Shown: piece by piece, positions 28,737 through 42,109 of the stretch
How positions within the stretch are numbered: the first letter of the stretch is position 1
Layout: each line of letters opens with the position of its first letter
DNA from: Octopus sinensis
Taxonomy: Eukaryota
DNA: 64,000 nucleotides
Assembly: GCF_006345805.1 (NCBI RefSeq)
Contig: NC_043000.1
Coordinates: forward strand, 51,088,001-51,152,000
Direction of reading: 5' to 3'
Translations under genes and position numbers: made by a program
The notes under the pieces: model-generated
What the model saw: only the letters and a program-made list of their open reading frames with translations
Told to the model about the DNA's origin: nothing
Databases searched by the model: none

Positions 28737-29039
28737 AAATGAGGGTAAGAAATTGGATGTTAATTTAATTAGCATCAATTTAATACCAGTGGTCTAGCAT
28801 ATTAAAATCTGAAAGTTCAGTAAATTGTATTTTATACATATGAGAGTGATGACCACTGTGAGGACAACCCTTATGCTAGAAGTAGATCTGCTATGGTCTT
28901 ACCACTAAGAAATGTTCTCAAAAAAATTTAGCAAACACCAGAACGTAAGCGAGCAAGACAAATGAAAAGTAACAAATACAGATTATTCACACACACACAT
29001 ATATATATATGTGTGTGTGTGTGTGTAATATATATATAA

Positions 29040-29320
29040 TGTTCAATGTGTAGGTGAGTGTGTGTGTTATATCTCCTTGTCCTCATATCATTTGATAGTT
29101 GTAAACAAATATCACTATCATGCAAGTGGTGTCCTTCATTTCCAATCTTCCATGAACACATGTCTGACCTTGGAAAAATATTACTTCACTTGGAAGCAGG
29201 TGAGGGTTGGCAACAGGAAGGGGCATCCAGCTCTAGAAAAATCTGCTTCAACAAATTCCCACTGACCCATGCAATTATGGAAAAATACTCATTATACCGA
29301 CAACAAGGACAATGATGTTA
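29040..29320 (+). mobile_element. SINE 3' portion (GGTTGGCAACAGGAAGGGGCATCCAGC tail)
   Basis: Colinear with 20770-21010 and with the tail at 49135-49270. Confidence 0.7.
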
Positions 29321-29609
29321 CTGTGTGTTAGAGTACAGACACACACAACACATTTATGAACTTTAGGCTAGTTAAAATGTTTGACATATTTCAACTTCTA
29401 AGAGCAAATTCACTGCAGTTACCATGGAGAAAAAAGATTCTCTTATGGCAAAAAGGTCTAAAAACACTATATCTGTCCCATGCTGCTCCCTGTCAGATTC
29501 CTAGATATGACTAGTTCTTTAGCTGGTATCAATGGTGTGTGTCTGTGTGTGTGTGTGTGTGTGTACATGCACACATATTAAATAAATGCATGTAAGTATT
29601 GTATATGTA

Positions 29610-29657
<48 letters not shown>

Positions 29658-29959
29658 TCTGGCATCATTTTAATCATTGAACATCTGAAAAACAAATATG
29701 CTTAGTAGTATCCTAATGAAGGTAGGAGCCAATATAGTTTATATCCTTGAGGATAAAATCTAAGTGCCAATTTAATAGAAAAATAGCAACATTAGCAAAC
29801 ATGAACAATAGAAAAGGCTTTCATCCACATAGTACTGTCATTGAAATTCTAGCTTTTTAATGGACTGTGGATGGGTTTTAAAAAACCTTTCAAGAAACTT
29901 GAAATATGATCCAACCTTTTGTATGGTGATTTTGAGTATATGTGTGTTTGTGGGAAAGA

Positions 29960-29990
<31 letters not shown>

Positions 29991-30692
29991 TGTGTGTGTG
30001 TGTTTTGTGTGTTCAGCCAGCCAGTCAGACTGACTGCCTAACATAAGAGTGCAGTCAGCCATCATCTCAAAACAATAAAAACAAATAATTTTCTTTGTCC
30101 CCACCATCATATTCCTATGCTTCATCTCCCCTCTTACCACTCTTCCTTCTTTACTTTTCACCTTCCTTTTTTTTCCTCTCTCCATCACTCACTAATCTGT
30201 CTGTCTTATTCCTTTATAAATTTACTCTTTTTTTATTCCCCATTGTATTATATATTTCTGGGTTGGGGATGCTATTTGTATCTGTTTTAAATGGCTTTTA
30301 CTTTTCAGTACTTTTTTATTTATTTGCTCTTATCTTTTTATTTATTTTTTAAAATTTTATATATATTATTCCTAATTGTGAACAAATATTTTTTTTCCTA
30401 GTGTGGGAGACTTTTAACTCTTTGAGAGCTTTTTTTGTTTTTGTTTTCTTTCTCTTGTCATAAAAGCTACTGTAGGAATTTCCACTTTCAATTGATCTGT
30501 CTTTCAACCACCTTAACATCATTTACCTATTTCTGCCATCAGTAGCACTATTTACTCCAAATACACACACACACACACACGTATATGTGTGTATGTGTAT
30601 ATGTGTGTGTTTAGGTAAATATGTAGGCATGAATCAATATGTGTATAATAGTGCACACACGTACATTCTCTCTCTTTCACACACACATACAG

Positions 30693-30728
<36 letters not shown>

Positions 30729-31309
30729 ATGTACATGCATATGCATGTACCTTACATACGAATTGTTGCAACAGTATCCGGAGCACCACTACCAGCATCT
30801 TTAGAATAATTTTGTTTACCTCTTTGGTGTCTACATTATCATTGTTGCTGTCCTTATCCCCATCTCTGCGAACATTGTTCAAACATTTCTATTGTCATTC
30901 TCTTTATTGACACAGTCTTCTCACCACTAACACTACCATCATCATCATCATCATAGTCATTGTCTTCATCACAATCATTAAGCATCTGTTTTATTGTTAT
31001 TCTCATCATTGCCCTCAGAGATTTTCCTTTTTTATCAGTGTGATCATTATCACTGATATATCTCTTCATAATTTATAACTGAAAGGGCATTGACATACAT
31101 GATGGAATAGTAATAGTTAATCCTGCAGAAAATGCCTTGCAGTAAGCATTTCATTCAAATCCTGTCTGAATTAACCAAACTCTTCCTGAATTTTTTTTCT
31201 TTTTTCTTTTTTGCCTTTTTATCTTCTGATAAAATTTTTTAGCACTTATGTCTAGTGAGGTTGACTAAATTGTTGATGCCATCACTGTTAAATATGCCAT
31301 ATATCTTGT

Positions 31310-31505
31310 TTACCATTAGTGTTTACCACTAGGTTCATTAATAGTCATACAGTCACTATCCTTCATCAAAGTCTTGACCACAGTTTTGGAAGATATCATT
31401 TATTCTCTCATTGGTCAGTTTGCAGATGATGACATGCCTGGCAAGTACGTCTAGATGTCACAGAAAGTACCCGGCAAATTGCAGTCTGCCTTATTGCTTT
31501 CTTAG
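31310..31505 (+). mobile_element. Decayed CR1-like RT fragment
   Basis: ISV/PLGSLI...FIKVL...SLIGQFADD...KLQSAL matches the SGVPQGSVL / FADD / LQ.DL order, with stops. Confidence 0.55.
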
Positions 31506-31509
31506 TTGG

Positions 31510-31920
31510 TCAATCCAGCTGATTATGAAGGCCACTTGAAGCATCTATGTATGATACTCATGAAAAGATTTTGCATTAGAATTAGTGAGGCTCCAAGTTT
31601 TGCATCCTTAAATAACATTTGCTTTGATTATTGCCAGCATCCTTTTTCAAGAAGTAGGTCACATGACGCATGCTGCACCGTCAGGTGGGTCACACATGCA
31701 TATGTTATTTTCCTCATGAAATTGACCTGTGCCATTCAGAAAGTCACTGAGGCTGCAGTTTGTCCTCAACCGGGTTTGAGGTCCAGATACTCTGCACTTT
31801 CCAAGTAAAGCTTCTAATGACAATGCTGTTCCTTTTTGAGCCCATCTTAAATGATCCAATGTACTTGAAGTCAGAAACCCACTTGAGCACAGCACCCTCA
31901 TTGGTTCTGAACAGCTTTTG
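31510..31920 (-). mobile_element. Decayed RTE-clade LINE ORF fragment (may extend to about 32300)
   Basis: Minus-strand EGAVLKWVSDFKYIGS, W..QSIWTSN, LF.GCKTWSLT and YHT*MLQVAFIISW correspond to RTE motifs FKYLGS, LLYGCETWTLT and YTRMLR.ALNISW. Confidence 0.75.
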
Positions 31921-33774
31921 ATCAGGTTTATTGTGAACTATTTATCATAATTACTGAGAATTGAAACATTGAAATTCATTTTGACTTAATTACCTTAATT
32001 TCTGCCTTTGCTGGAAGAGTGCATATGTTAATATATTCATTTAGGGTGAAGATGCTATTTCTATCTGTTTGAAGGCATTTTTTCCTTCTTCTTATGATAT
32101 GTGAGATATTGTTAATCAGATTTGATTAATATCTGTCAAATGAACTATTGTTTCATTCGCTTTACACCATTCTTTTTCTTGCTCTACTCTCAGCATTTCT
32201 TGCTTTCTAGTAATGCTCAAGAATGATCTATGATTCTTATTCCTTTTGTAATGATGCTGTTAACTAAGATACATAAAAGGACTGGATGGATTGCATCTTA
32301 TCAAGTTCTTACTCTTCTCTGTAAACACATTTTCTTGATGTTAGAAATCACTGGAAGATTTTTAGCTAATCACTACCTACATCTATAATCCTCCATCCTC
32401 TAGAGGCTCTTGCTTTCAATTTTATTCTATAGTTGTTAGATTACTTCTTAAATTTGAAATAGGAAATTTAAATCTACTGGCTTCTAAATGCTTTATTCCA
32501 TGCAATGTAACACTCTTCAGAAACATGTAAATCTCTCGAATAAAATACATCAGTCCCATAAAGAAAATGAAAATGGATATTAGTGCTATAAAGACTTGAA
32601 TTACACTATTTTTACTCCTTTGTGAATCTTTTGTTTGCAGACATAGTTGTTTTTCTGTTTTTTACCTGTTTTCTATACCAATGTTGGTTATATACTGTTT
32701 CTTGAAGGAATATAGGAATGTATCATTTCCTAATTAAAAATACTGAAAAACTGACCAACAGGTCTTATTTTCCAGTTTGGAATTGACTTCTGACTTGATT
32801 TTGTTTAAAATACTTCTTTGTCCTAATTGCAGTAACTTTGTGTTCCCAACCAAAAGCTGACATTGATTAACAGAGATGCATGAAATTTCATAAAAGCCTA
32901 ATCTTTTATACATGGAATTTTTAGAGAGATAATTCACATATAATTACAGGAAAAAAACACCTCATACAGGCAATATTGTAGCTAATTACAATGTTGAATA
33001 TATTTCTCAATAATTTTTAGAATTATCAATTTGAAATCATGCAAATTTTTAACAAGAATATTTGATAAAAATAAGTAATGAATATTTCATAAGATGATTA
33101 ACTCAAATAAATAAATAAAATGAAAACAAAACATTATGGCTTTGTTTGTAGATAATTTTATTATTTTTCTTAGATGAAAATTTGCCAGGAGCATAGTAAT
33201 TAAATTTTAAAATGTTGTAAACTGTCAAATATTTGTGTTCATTATTTTGTTAAAATTAAGTTTACTTCATTAAGGTTGGTAAGAAATTAGTAAAAATAGT
33301 TTTAGTATATTTTCAATCTGAACGTTGATAAGTACAATTTTCTCTATCATAATAACTTGATGTAAATACAAGCTTAAAAGTAGCTGTCATAAACTATTTA
33401 TATATGACTGTTATCACCGTAGCCATACTTTCAAAATATTCAATGTGTTGTATATTCAACTGGCAGTACAATTTCAAATATAGTTGCTTTCTCTTTAAAA
33501 TATCTAAATCAATCTTCTTTGCCCAAGAATTTAAGGAATTAAATTAGATAGAAACTGTCATAAAAATAGTGATAGTCACATTTACACCCCAACCCCATCA
33601 ATTTCTGTTACTATTTGACTTACCATTCCTATCTTTCATTACTCATGCTTTATGACGTGCTTCAGTTCATTGTGAAAGTTTATAAAATTCTAATGATATC
33701 AGCAAATATATGCTCCAGCATGCCCACAGCATTATGCCTGAAATGTATATATAATATATATATATATACTTCTT

Positions 33775-34020
33775 TCTTTTCTTCTCTTTGTTCTTCTCCT
33801 TATTCCTTTAGTCCTGTCCTCTATGTCGTTATTTCATTAATCTATACCCTTCTCATTTTTCCTATTTGTCTCTGATGATGGAATATCCCATACTCTAGGA
33901 TATCCCAGAAACAACTGTGAGACTTTGAATTTTTTTTTCCAATAATAATAATAATGATAATATATATGACTTGAGATGTTTGCCTTGCCTTAACGTTTGT
34001 TGTCCTCTCTAACAATTATA
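33775..34020 (+). mobile_element. Penelope-like element terminal fragment containing a hammerhead motif
   Basis: Pyrimidine-rich lead-in, hammerhead at 33868-33923, then an AAT-rich tail; bounded by TA runs. Confidence 0.6.
33868..33923 (+). ncRNA. Minimal type I hammerhead ribozyme motif (cleavage triplet GUG, probably inactive)
   Basis: GTCT-CTGATGA-TGGAATATCC-catactcta-GGATATCCCA-GAAAC-AACT-GT-G-AGAC. Stem I GTCT/AGAC, stem II 9/10 bp, short stem III. Confidence 0.75.
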
Positions 34021-34489
34021 TATATATATTTAGAGAGAGTGAGAGAGAGAGAGGGAGAGAGAGTGTGAAAGAATCTTTTTATAAAAGGAAACATCCCCTT
34101 TGACTTATTTCAGTTTTCATACTCCTGTTTCTATAGTTCTACTCACCATCTCTTTCAATACTAATTATGCTCTCATGTCACATAAAATAAGTTCTACTAG
34201 TTTTTGGGCTTTGTTTCATGACAACTTGTACCATGATGTGTCCCTGTGTATATATCCTGTCTGTTGCTATATTTCTTTCTTGCTAGTCTGTCAGAAATTT
34301 CTCTGCATTTTTTATATAATTACATCTTACTAATGTTCTGCCTACACACTTCACATGCATGTGCATGCACGTGCGCACACACACACACACACAGAAATAA
34401 AGTGATTTTTTTATTTGTTTATTTGCTTGACTGTGTCCATGCTGGAGCACCACCTTGAAGGTGATGAAAGGGAAAGGTTGACTGTGTCG

Positions 34490-34534
<45 letters not shown>

Positions 34535-35749
34535 TAGATAGATTGATTTACATGAGCTCCATTGTGTGTGTGCACGTGCGTGCATGTGTGTGAAAACTGA
34601 GTAGACTCTCTACTTTTTTTGAAAAACATCTTGTCACATAATCATCATCATCATCATCATTTAATGGATTGGACTAATATGTGTACAAAAACTTTGGTTT
34701 GGAGATTTTTCTCTAAATACTAAATATCCTGTGTAAACATAAACTCAAACACATGCACAAAGTAATCATCATAATCATGAACTTCTTAGGTTTTATATCC
34801 ATTTCATATACCTGTGTGAAATATAGTCAAATTAGTTGTACTGGAATACATTATATTAACTGCAATAGCTTAACCACCTTAATTTAAATCTTTCCAGATT
34901 CAGTTAAGCCTATCATCCTGATAACATCAACCATATAAATGGTAATAAAACATTGAGGTTTGATGTGTTTTATAAAGGAAATAGAATTGTCCACATGGAA
35001 TGATGATTCCTTTCAGTGGCTGTGCTTTGGCCAAATTAGTGCCTGATATATTGCCTTCCTTTCTAAATTCTGTATAAGGCCAAGGTTATTCATAAAAATT
35101 CTCAATGGATTGCATCATCAGTGGCTGTACAAACTATTATTGAGAGATGAGGAAGGTGATGGTGTAATGCATTAGCAGATGAATGCAAATTTGTGCTGTG
35201 TGTTGTAAAGTTGAAATAGAATAAAATAAGTTTTCAATCAATGTGGTGAAAGCAATATAATCTCATTTGAGTAATATATAGGGATACTTAATCACTTGTG
35301 ATAACTTAACCCCAGAATACAAATTACAGTGCTATGCAATTGAATGTTTTCCCTTTTAGTGAAATCCATGTATCTGTCTTGCAGCAACAGACCTGTCATG
35401 TTAATCACCACTTATTGCTGTCATCAATTAAAACATACACTATTTGAAATAGATTGATTGGCTAGCCAAGATTCTAATACACTTACATTAGCACAGACTT
35501 GATTCATAAGATTTACAGAATAGGAGTCTGTGTAAGCATCATTATCAATAAATGGCCTAGAACTTGAAGGCTAATTGGAGTAGTAATAAAATTATACCAG
35601 ACATCAAAATTGTAAAGCAAATATATATCAACATAAAGATATTTCTTCTGGATATAAACATTTATTTATGTCAGATTTTAAAAGCTAAGTATTAACAGTA
35701 TTAGTTTAACTGCCTGTTGGTCATTCTGTTGATTCGTGGCTCATCTTAC

Positions 35750-35796
35750 CTGTCTGAATAAGAAACAGTTGCCCTTCATTCTTATTTGATTTAATA
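35750..35796 (-). other. Candidate 47-nt minus-strand exon
   Basis: Perfect TACTAAC branch point (35818-35824), acceptor ttttctag|, donor CAG|gtaaga. Two frames open. Confidence 0.25.
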
Positions 35797-37599
35797 CTAG
35801 AAAATATTTCAAAACATGTTAGTATTAAAAGAAGTGTAGTTATATGAAAAATAATGAGATTTTCCCAGATTGATACTCTTGTTTGATCACTAATTAAATT
35901 CTTCTAAGCATTATATTTTTGAAGCTAATGTAATCAATATTACAAAATGTTTGGGGTTAAATATGATTGCGATTTTGCTGATTATTTGTAACTAAGATTA
36001 AATTAGCCTTATAAAATCACTTCATCAAATTAAGACTATGTCAAAAGAAAATGTCCTTAGTAGAACTTGAACATTTTTCTCCGTGTTTTAACTTTTTATA
36101 AATATAAATAGATAGTGTCTTTTTTTTTAAATATTTTATTGTATTTTATGCTATCAATGAGTAACACACCTTTTATTTATTTTTCCCTTATGTCTTGGGA
36201 TAAAATGGGAATGATTTCAGACTTTAATCAAGTATACGTTTGCCACTAGCTGTTTACAAATTCACTCTTTTATTTAAAACTTTCATATAATTTGCATTTG
36301 TAAGAAATGAATTCCCAAACTTCAAAAGATAAGAAGAAAAAATATCTTGCAATTCCCAACTCTTGTTCTTTTGTGTCTTTAATTGATTTGTTATTATTTT
36401 TCATTTCTGTTTTGGTGAAATGGAATAAAAAAAAGTTAAATCAATTTCAAGAGATAAAAGAAATTCATGATGGTTTATATATTATTCTATAATTGAAATT
36501 ATATATTTCTTCTCTTCTTTTGAAGCCTACCCTCCAGGCAGGAGACTGTTTTGTTTCTGCTCCAAGGATACATTGCCAATATTAGAAATAATGGCCTTAT
36601 ATTATATTGAACCTAAGTTGATGGTTCATTTTGAATTATCATAAAGATAGAGCTATATTATCTTAGTTTGTATCATTATTCTATCATCACCATCATTGCA
36701 TGCACATGTTGCTTTTCATTGTATGAAAATAGTGTTTTCTGAGATGTCATATATTGGATACAATAACATCTTTACTTCCTATTTTTTGCTAAATTGCATC
36801 TGGTTCACCAAACCTTCTTATTTCCAATTGACTTTGTGTGACTTGTTCTATTCAATGACACCAGTATAAACGTTTTGCTGTTTGCTTTCCCATTTTACTG
36901 TGCAAAAGCTTGGCTAGTAACTTGCAATAAGTTGTTCCTTAGGAAAGTCCTTCTGTTTCTATGTTCTCTATCCATCTGAGAATTTACTAAGCCTACATAG
37001 AAAATTGCTATGGTTAGTACTCACATAAAAACATGTTTCAAGTTCAGTACCTTTCTTATTAATATGATCAACTGGAAATTCAATACCAAAGCATTGTACA
37101 GATATCTCAATCTTCAAGTTTGTTTCACTTTTGTTATAAAAAATAAATCAATGCAAATAACAAACACACATATTGGTTCTGATTCTCTTCTTTTATTATC
37201 ATTAGTCAATTATTTAATATTAGCAATTAGCTAATCAAGTGTTTGATTAATAACTTGATCAATCAATCAATCATCTAGGTTTGTCAAAGTCCTTTCATTG
37301 CCAACATATCCTCTCTAACTTAGACCTGCTTAAGAAATCTAGCTGATTGACTGACTGAACAATTAATCAAACAATCAATTAATTAGTTAATTGGTTAAAT
37401 ACTAATTAATTGATTAATAATAATGAAAGAAGTAAAATAGAACTAGAGCATGTGTTTACTATTGGTAGAATGGCCTTCCTGAAATACAACAAAATCTGTT
37501 TCAACATGCAGGTTCATATCAAGAATATTGCAAATTAATTGCAAACATGAAATGAATCAATGAAAGGTTAAGAAAATCTTGTGGCCATCCATACATACA

Positions 37600-37815
37600 G
37601 GCATGTCCTTTGTAGGTGCCGGTGCCATATAATATGCACTCATGCCAGTGGCATGTAAGAAGCACCCAATACACTTTGTAAAGTGGTTGGCATTAAGAAT
37701 GGCATTCACTTGTAGATACCATACCAAAACAGACAATTGGAGTCTGGTTGGCCAGCTCCTATCAAACCATCCAACCCATACCAGCATGACAAATGAATGC
37801 TAAACAATGATTATG
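37600..37815 (+). mobile_element. SINE family E 3' portion, decayed
   Basis: GTGGCATGTAAGAAGCACCCAATACAC...GTGGTTGGCATTAAGAATGGCATTCA...CCATCCAACCCATACCAGCATG is colinear with 49095-49270. Confidence 0.75.
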
Positions 37816-38149
37816 AATAATGTAGAATTCTTTTCTTCTGTCTAATTCCAATCCACATTAATCTTGTAACTCGAAAACCATAATTTGTAAATCTATTCAT
37901 ATCTGTTTAGTATGTTAAAGATTTTAAATGTGATAAAGCAGAATTTTTCAGAATTAAAGAAAATCGTCCATTACTCAAGTCAAAAATTTCCTTATTTAAT
38001 TCTAATCATTTAATAAAGTAGAGTAAATAAAATCATGAATCAAAAATGGTTTGATGGAATTCAAAAGAATATTAAACAATGTTCTTTAAACTGATGAGAA
38101 TGCAAGTAGCTGAGTCGAAAGGATCCTAGGAAATCAAGCGAGGAAGCTC

Positions 38150-38500
38150 ACTTGACAACCATTGGGTTTCTAACTCAGTCCCATCTGCAGACCGTTGTTT
38201 TGTGAGTGAATTTGGTAGACAGAATTTATGTGAAAGCCTATTGTGTATGCGCACGTGCGCGTGCGTGCACACACACACACACACACATGTGTATGTGTGC
38301 ATGTGTGTGTTTGTCCCATTACTACTGCTTGATAACTAGTGCTAGTTTGTTTATGTCTCAGTAACTTAGCAGTTTAGAAAAAGAGACTGATAAATTAAGT
38401 ACTAAATTTAAAAGTTAAGTACTAGAATTTGTTTGAATAAACCCTTCAGGGCAGTGCCCCTGTACGGCTGCAGCCCCATGACTGGAAACATATAAAAGAT
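38150..38500 (+). mobile_element. SINE family B, decayed
   Basis: TGTGAGTGAATTTGGTAGACAGAA...GTAACTTAGCAGTT...GCAGTGCCCC...ATGACTGGAAACA is colinear with 55868-56234. Confidence 0.75.
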
Positions 38501-39318
38501 GTGGCGGACACTTGCATAAACACTGAAATACTTGAACTGTTTAATTGTGAGTTAAATTTATTAAAACCCTTGATGCACGTTTTCCTCTTTAAAGATTATG
38601 ACCTATCAGACAGTCATAATTTTACTATGTTTATTATCTATTATATCTTTATTTTAAATTCCCAAAACTGCTGAATTTAGTAATTGAATATCTTAATCTA
38701 AACTAAGCCATAATGCATGAGATGTGAATCTCATAAATACACTAAATCCATTATCTCATAAACTTAGTTAAGTAATGGGGTAAATATCCTTTTTTTTATA
38801 TATATATTTTAAAAACATTTCATGTCTCATTACTTTAAATATGCTCTTTATATATTTCATTAAAAAAGATTCTGCTGGGAATACTCTTTTTTCTTTTCCT
38901 GTTTTTTGTTCTGAATTGATGTTAATCAAGCAAATCTTTTAATGTGGTTGGAGTCTACTAACTAAATGTTTGGTAGTGCACAAATATCATGATCAACTTG
39001 TGTATTCTTTATTTTAGTATGTTGCTTATTCTTGTTCCAGCTTAAACTGTTCTTACAGTGTTGTCCATCCCTAAAGGGTTTATGGCTAAATCAACAAAGA
39101 CTGAAATTGGAAACTGCACTATGCAGATACTTTCGAATTATCCATATCTGGACATTTGGAATATCAAGGTTCACACACTTATAAATGCTTTGACAACTTC
39201 TCACGACAATATATTGGCAAATGAAACTGGCATTTACCAGGTTTCACCACAATTGAGTACTTTAGAAACTACAGTAGTTTCCTACTTGCTGTCTCACATT
39301 TTAATTTTCTATTGGAGA

Positions 39319-39366
<48 letters not shown>

Positions 39367-39527
39367 AAGTTGGTTTGTGAAAGCACGTGGTTGAATATAT
39401 AGAAAATATGTCATTGTAAGAAAAAAATTTATAATATTCTTCAAACATATTGACTCAAATATATATTTTTTAACCTTTTAAAACAAGCCTTCTGTAGTCT
39501 TTTCACTTTTTACTATTTTCTTTTATT

Positions 39528-39533
39528 TATATA

Positions 39534-39630
<97 letters not shown>
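39528..39630. repeat. (TA)n-(TG)n microsatellite
   Basis: Directly visible; abuts the SINE at 39631. Confidence 0.95.
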
Positions 39631-39632
<2 letters not shown>

Positions 39633-39930
39633 GAGGCACATGGCCTAGTGGTTAGAGCAGCAGACTCACGGTCGAGGGATCGTGGGTTCGAATTTCAGAC
39701 TGGGGCGATGTTTGTGTTTATGAGCGAAACACCTAAGCTCCACATGGCTCTGACAGTAGGTAATGGTGAACTTCTGCTGATTCTTTCACCACAACCTTCT
39801 CTCACTCTTTCCTCCTGCATCTTGCAGCTCACCTGTGATGGACCGGCGTCCCGTTCAGGTGGGGAACCTATACGCCAAGGAAACTGGGAAACCGGCCCTT
39901 TTGAGCCAGGCATGGCTTGAGAAGGAACAA
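39631..39930 (+). mobile_element. tRNA-derived SINE family C, well preserved, with Meta/V-SINE-like central domain
   Basis: A box TGGCCTAGTGG, B box GGTTCGAAT, and CCTGTGATGGACCGGCGTCCCGTTCAGG, which resembles the conserved CCTGCGATGGACTGGC..CC..TCCAGGG SINE domain. Confidence 0.8.
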
Positions 39931-40748
39931 ATATATACATGTACATATCTATTAATCTCATAAGTTTAGGATGTCACTTATTAGAAAAGTGTGTGTATAG
40001 TGAATCCATATATAGATAAGGTTATACAAACACACACAGAGTTCTATTCATATATGAAATATATGAAAGTGTCTGACAGGGTACACAAGGTTGGTACATG
40101 AAATCTAAGATATTATAGGGAAGCTGAAGTGACATTTACAGTGAGAATGTGTTTCCCAAGAGCATAGTGGACTAAGAGAAGGTGATACAAGTAAGAAATT
40201 GAAACTGGCTTTCTGACTGAATTGCTGAATTCTTACATCTTTCTTCTTGATATTTCACTTGCCTCTACATATGATGAATGCTGGATAAAAATTTGGCAAA
40301 AAATATAATCCAAGAAATACTAATCAATGAGACAAGCACAATTAATAATGCATGAGAATTGACACAAGAAACTCAGAGGCTGTCAATGCAGAAATAGAAA
40401 AAAACAGATTGGAAACAAAAACATATAAACAGCGAGTGTAACCATTTTTAAAAAAACTGAATGACATCAAGTGAGAAAATAAGAAAACATTTATTTTGGT
40501 CATGCCAGCAATATATTTTATGCATAATTTTGTTTATTCCAAGAAAGCTTTTAGTTATATTCTTGATCCATGTTTTCTAGGAATTCTGTTCTTCCATATT
40601 TTGCAATTTTTCCATGAGAAAAACTCGCTATTCCTTAGTGCAAGCATGGACATATTTATGCACAGTGTATGGTTGACCATTTTATTGAAAATTTTGCTTT
40701 TATTTTCATCTAACTTCATGAACATTTTCATCTGAATTCTCATATATT

Positions 40749-40894
40749 GGTGCAAGCATGACTATGTGATTAAATAGCTTGCTTTGTAATCACATGGTTT
40801 TGGGTTCAATCCCACCGTGTGGCACCTTGGGCAAGTGTCTTCTACTATGGCTGCAGGATGACCAATGCCTTGTGAGTGAATTTGTGGAAACATG

Positions 40895-40927
<33 letters not shown>

Positions 40928-41010
40928 CATGCCATTTTGTTTTTTCTTCCTTCCACCACTTGACAACACAACTAGTGTTGGGTTGTTTATGTCCTCATAA
41001 CTCAGCAAAA
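40749..41010 (+). mobile_element. SINE family B, 3'-truncated
   Basis: GGGTTCAATCCCACCGTGTGGCACCTTGGGCAAGTGTCTTCTACTATGGC...CCTTGTGAGTGAATTTG. Confidence 0.85.
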
Positions 41011-41017
41011 ATGATGA

Positions 41018-41084
<67 letters not shown>

Positions 41085-41991
41085 GTGTGTGTGTATGTGT
41101 GTATTACCATTATTTATGAAGCAAACTTATGTATAGGAAGGGGCTCAATATTAGCAATGTATGTTGAGTAAATAGATTTCATCCATATATATATATATAT
41201 ATATATATATTGTTTTTCTTTTCATACCTTAGTTTTCAGTTTCCAGCTCTTGAATGATTTTATGATACTTCTGATATACAGTATGATTTCATCATCATTA
41301 TTTAGTTTTGCCTGTGATTTCTATCTCATTAGAATATATACATTCTCAGATTAAATAGTTGAGAACAACATTTGTGATATTTAGAATATATGCTTGAAAT
41401 TTTTTTCTTTCGTTTTTCAAGAATAAATTTGCACCTGTTGTAAATGATCAGAATAGATTTGGGATTCCAGTTAACACTCTGATATTTATCAGAGTGATAG
41501 ATGTTATCTAAAAGTAATGGAAATTTAAAAACACATTCTACTGTATAAAATATATCTTTTATGAAACAATGGACTGACCTGATAATAGTGATTTTGTAAG
41601 GAAAAAGAAATAGTTTAACATAAGTATCATTAATTTAATCATTGCCAAAATAATTTTACATCATTTTGATTATTTATTTTCTTATTTCCTATTTCTAAAT
41701 ATTTGTGATTAAGTATGCATACAAATATTTATTATGTAAAAGAGAAAGGGAGTGAAAGAGGAAGTCGAAGAGAGTGTAAGTTAGAGAAAAAGGGGAAGGA
41801 AACAACCACAAAGTGAAAAATAATGTAATTACACCAAAGTTGTGATAGACAGCAAACATTGATATATATATTTATTTACACACACACACACCACACACAC
41901 ACACATGCACGCACACATGTACCTAAGGGCACATAAACATTTATGTATGTGTGTGTGTGCTTTTGTATATCTATCTATCTATCTATCTATC

Positions 41992-42031
<40 letters not shown>

Positions 42032-42109
42032 TATATGGTACCATCCCACCCATGCTATCATGGAACATGGACGTTAAATGATGATGGTGATGGTGATGAT
42101 ATATATATA

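Noticed and set aside
39631-39705. tRNA gene
   Set aside because: A and B boxes are present but there is no complete cloverleaf or acceptor stem, and the sequence continues into a SINE body.
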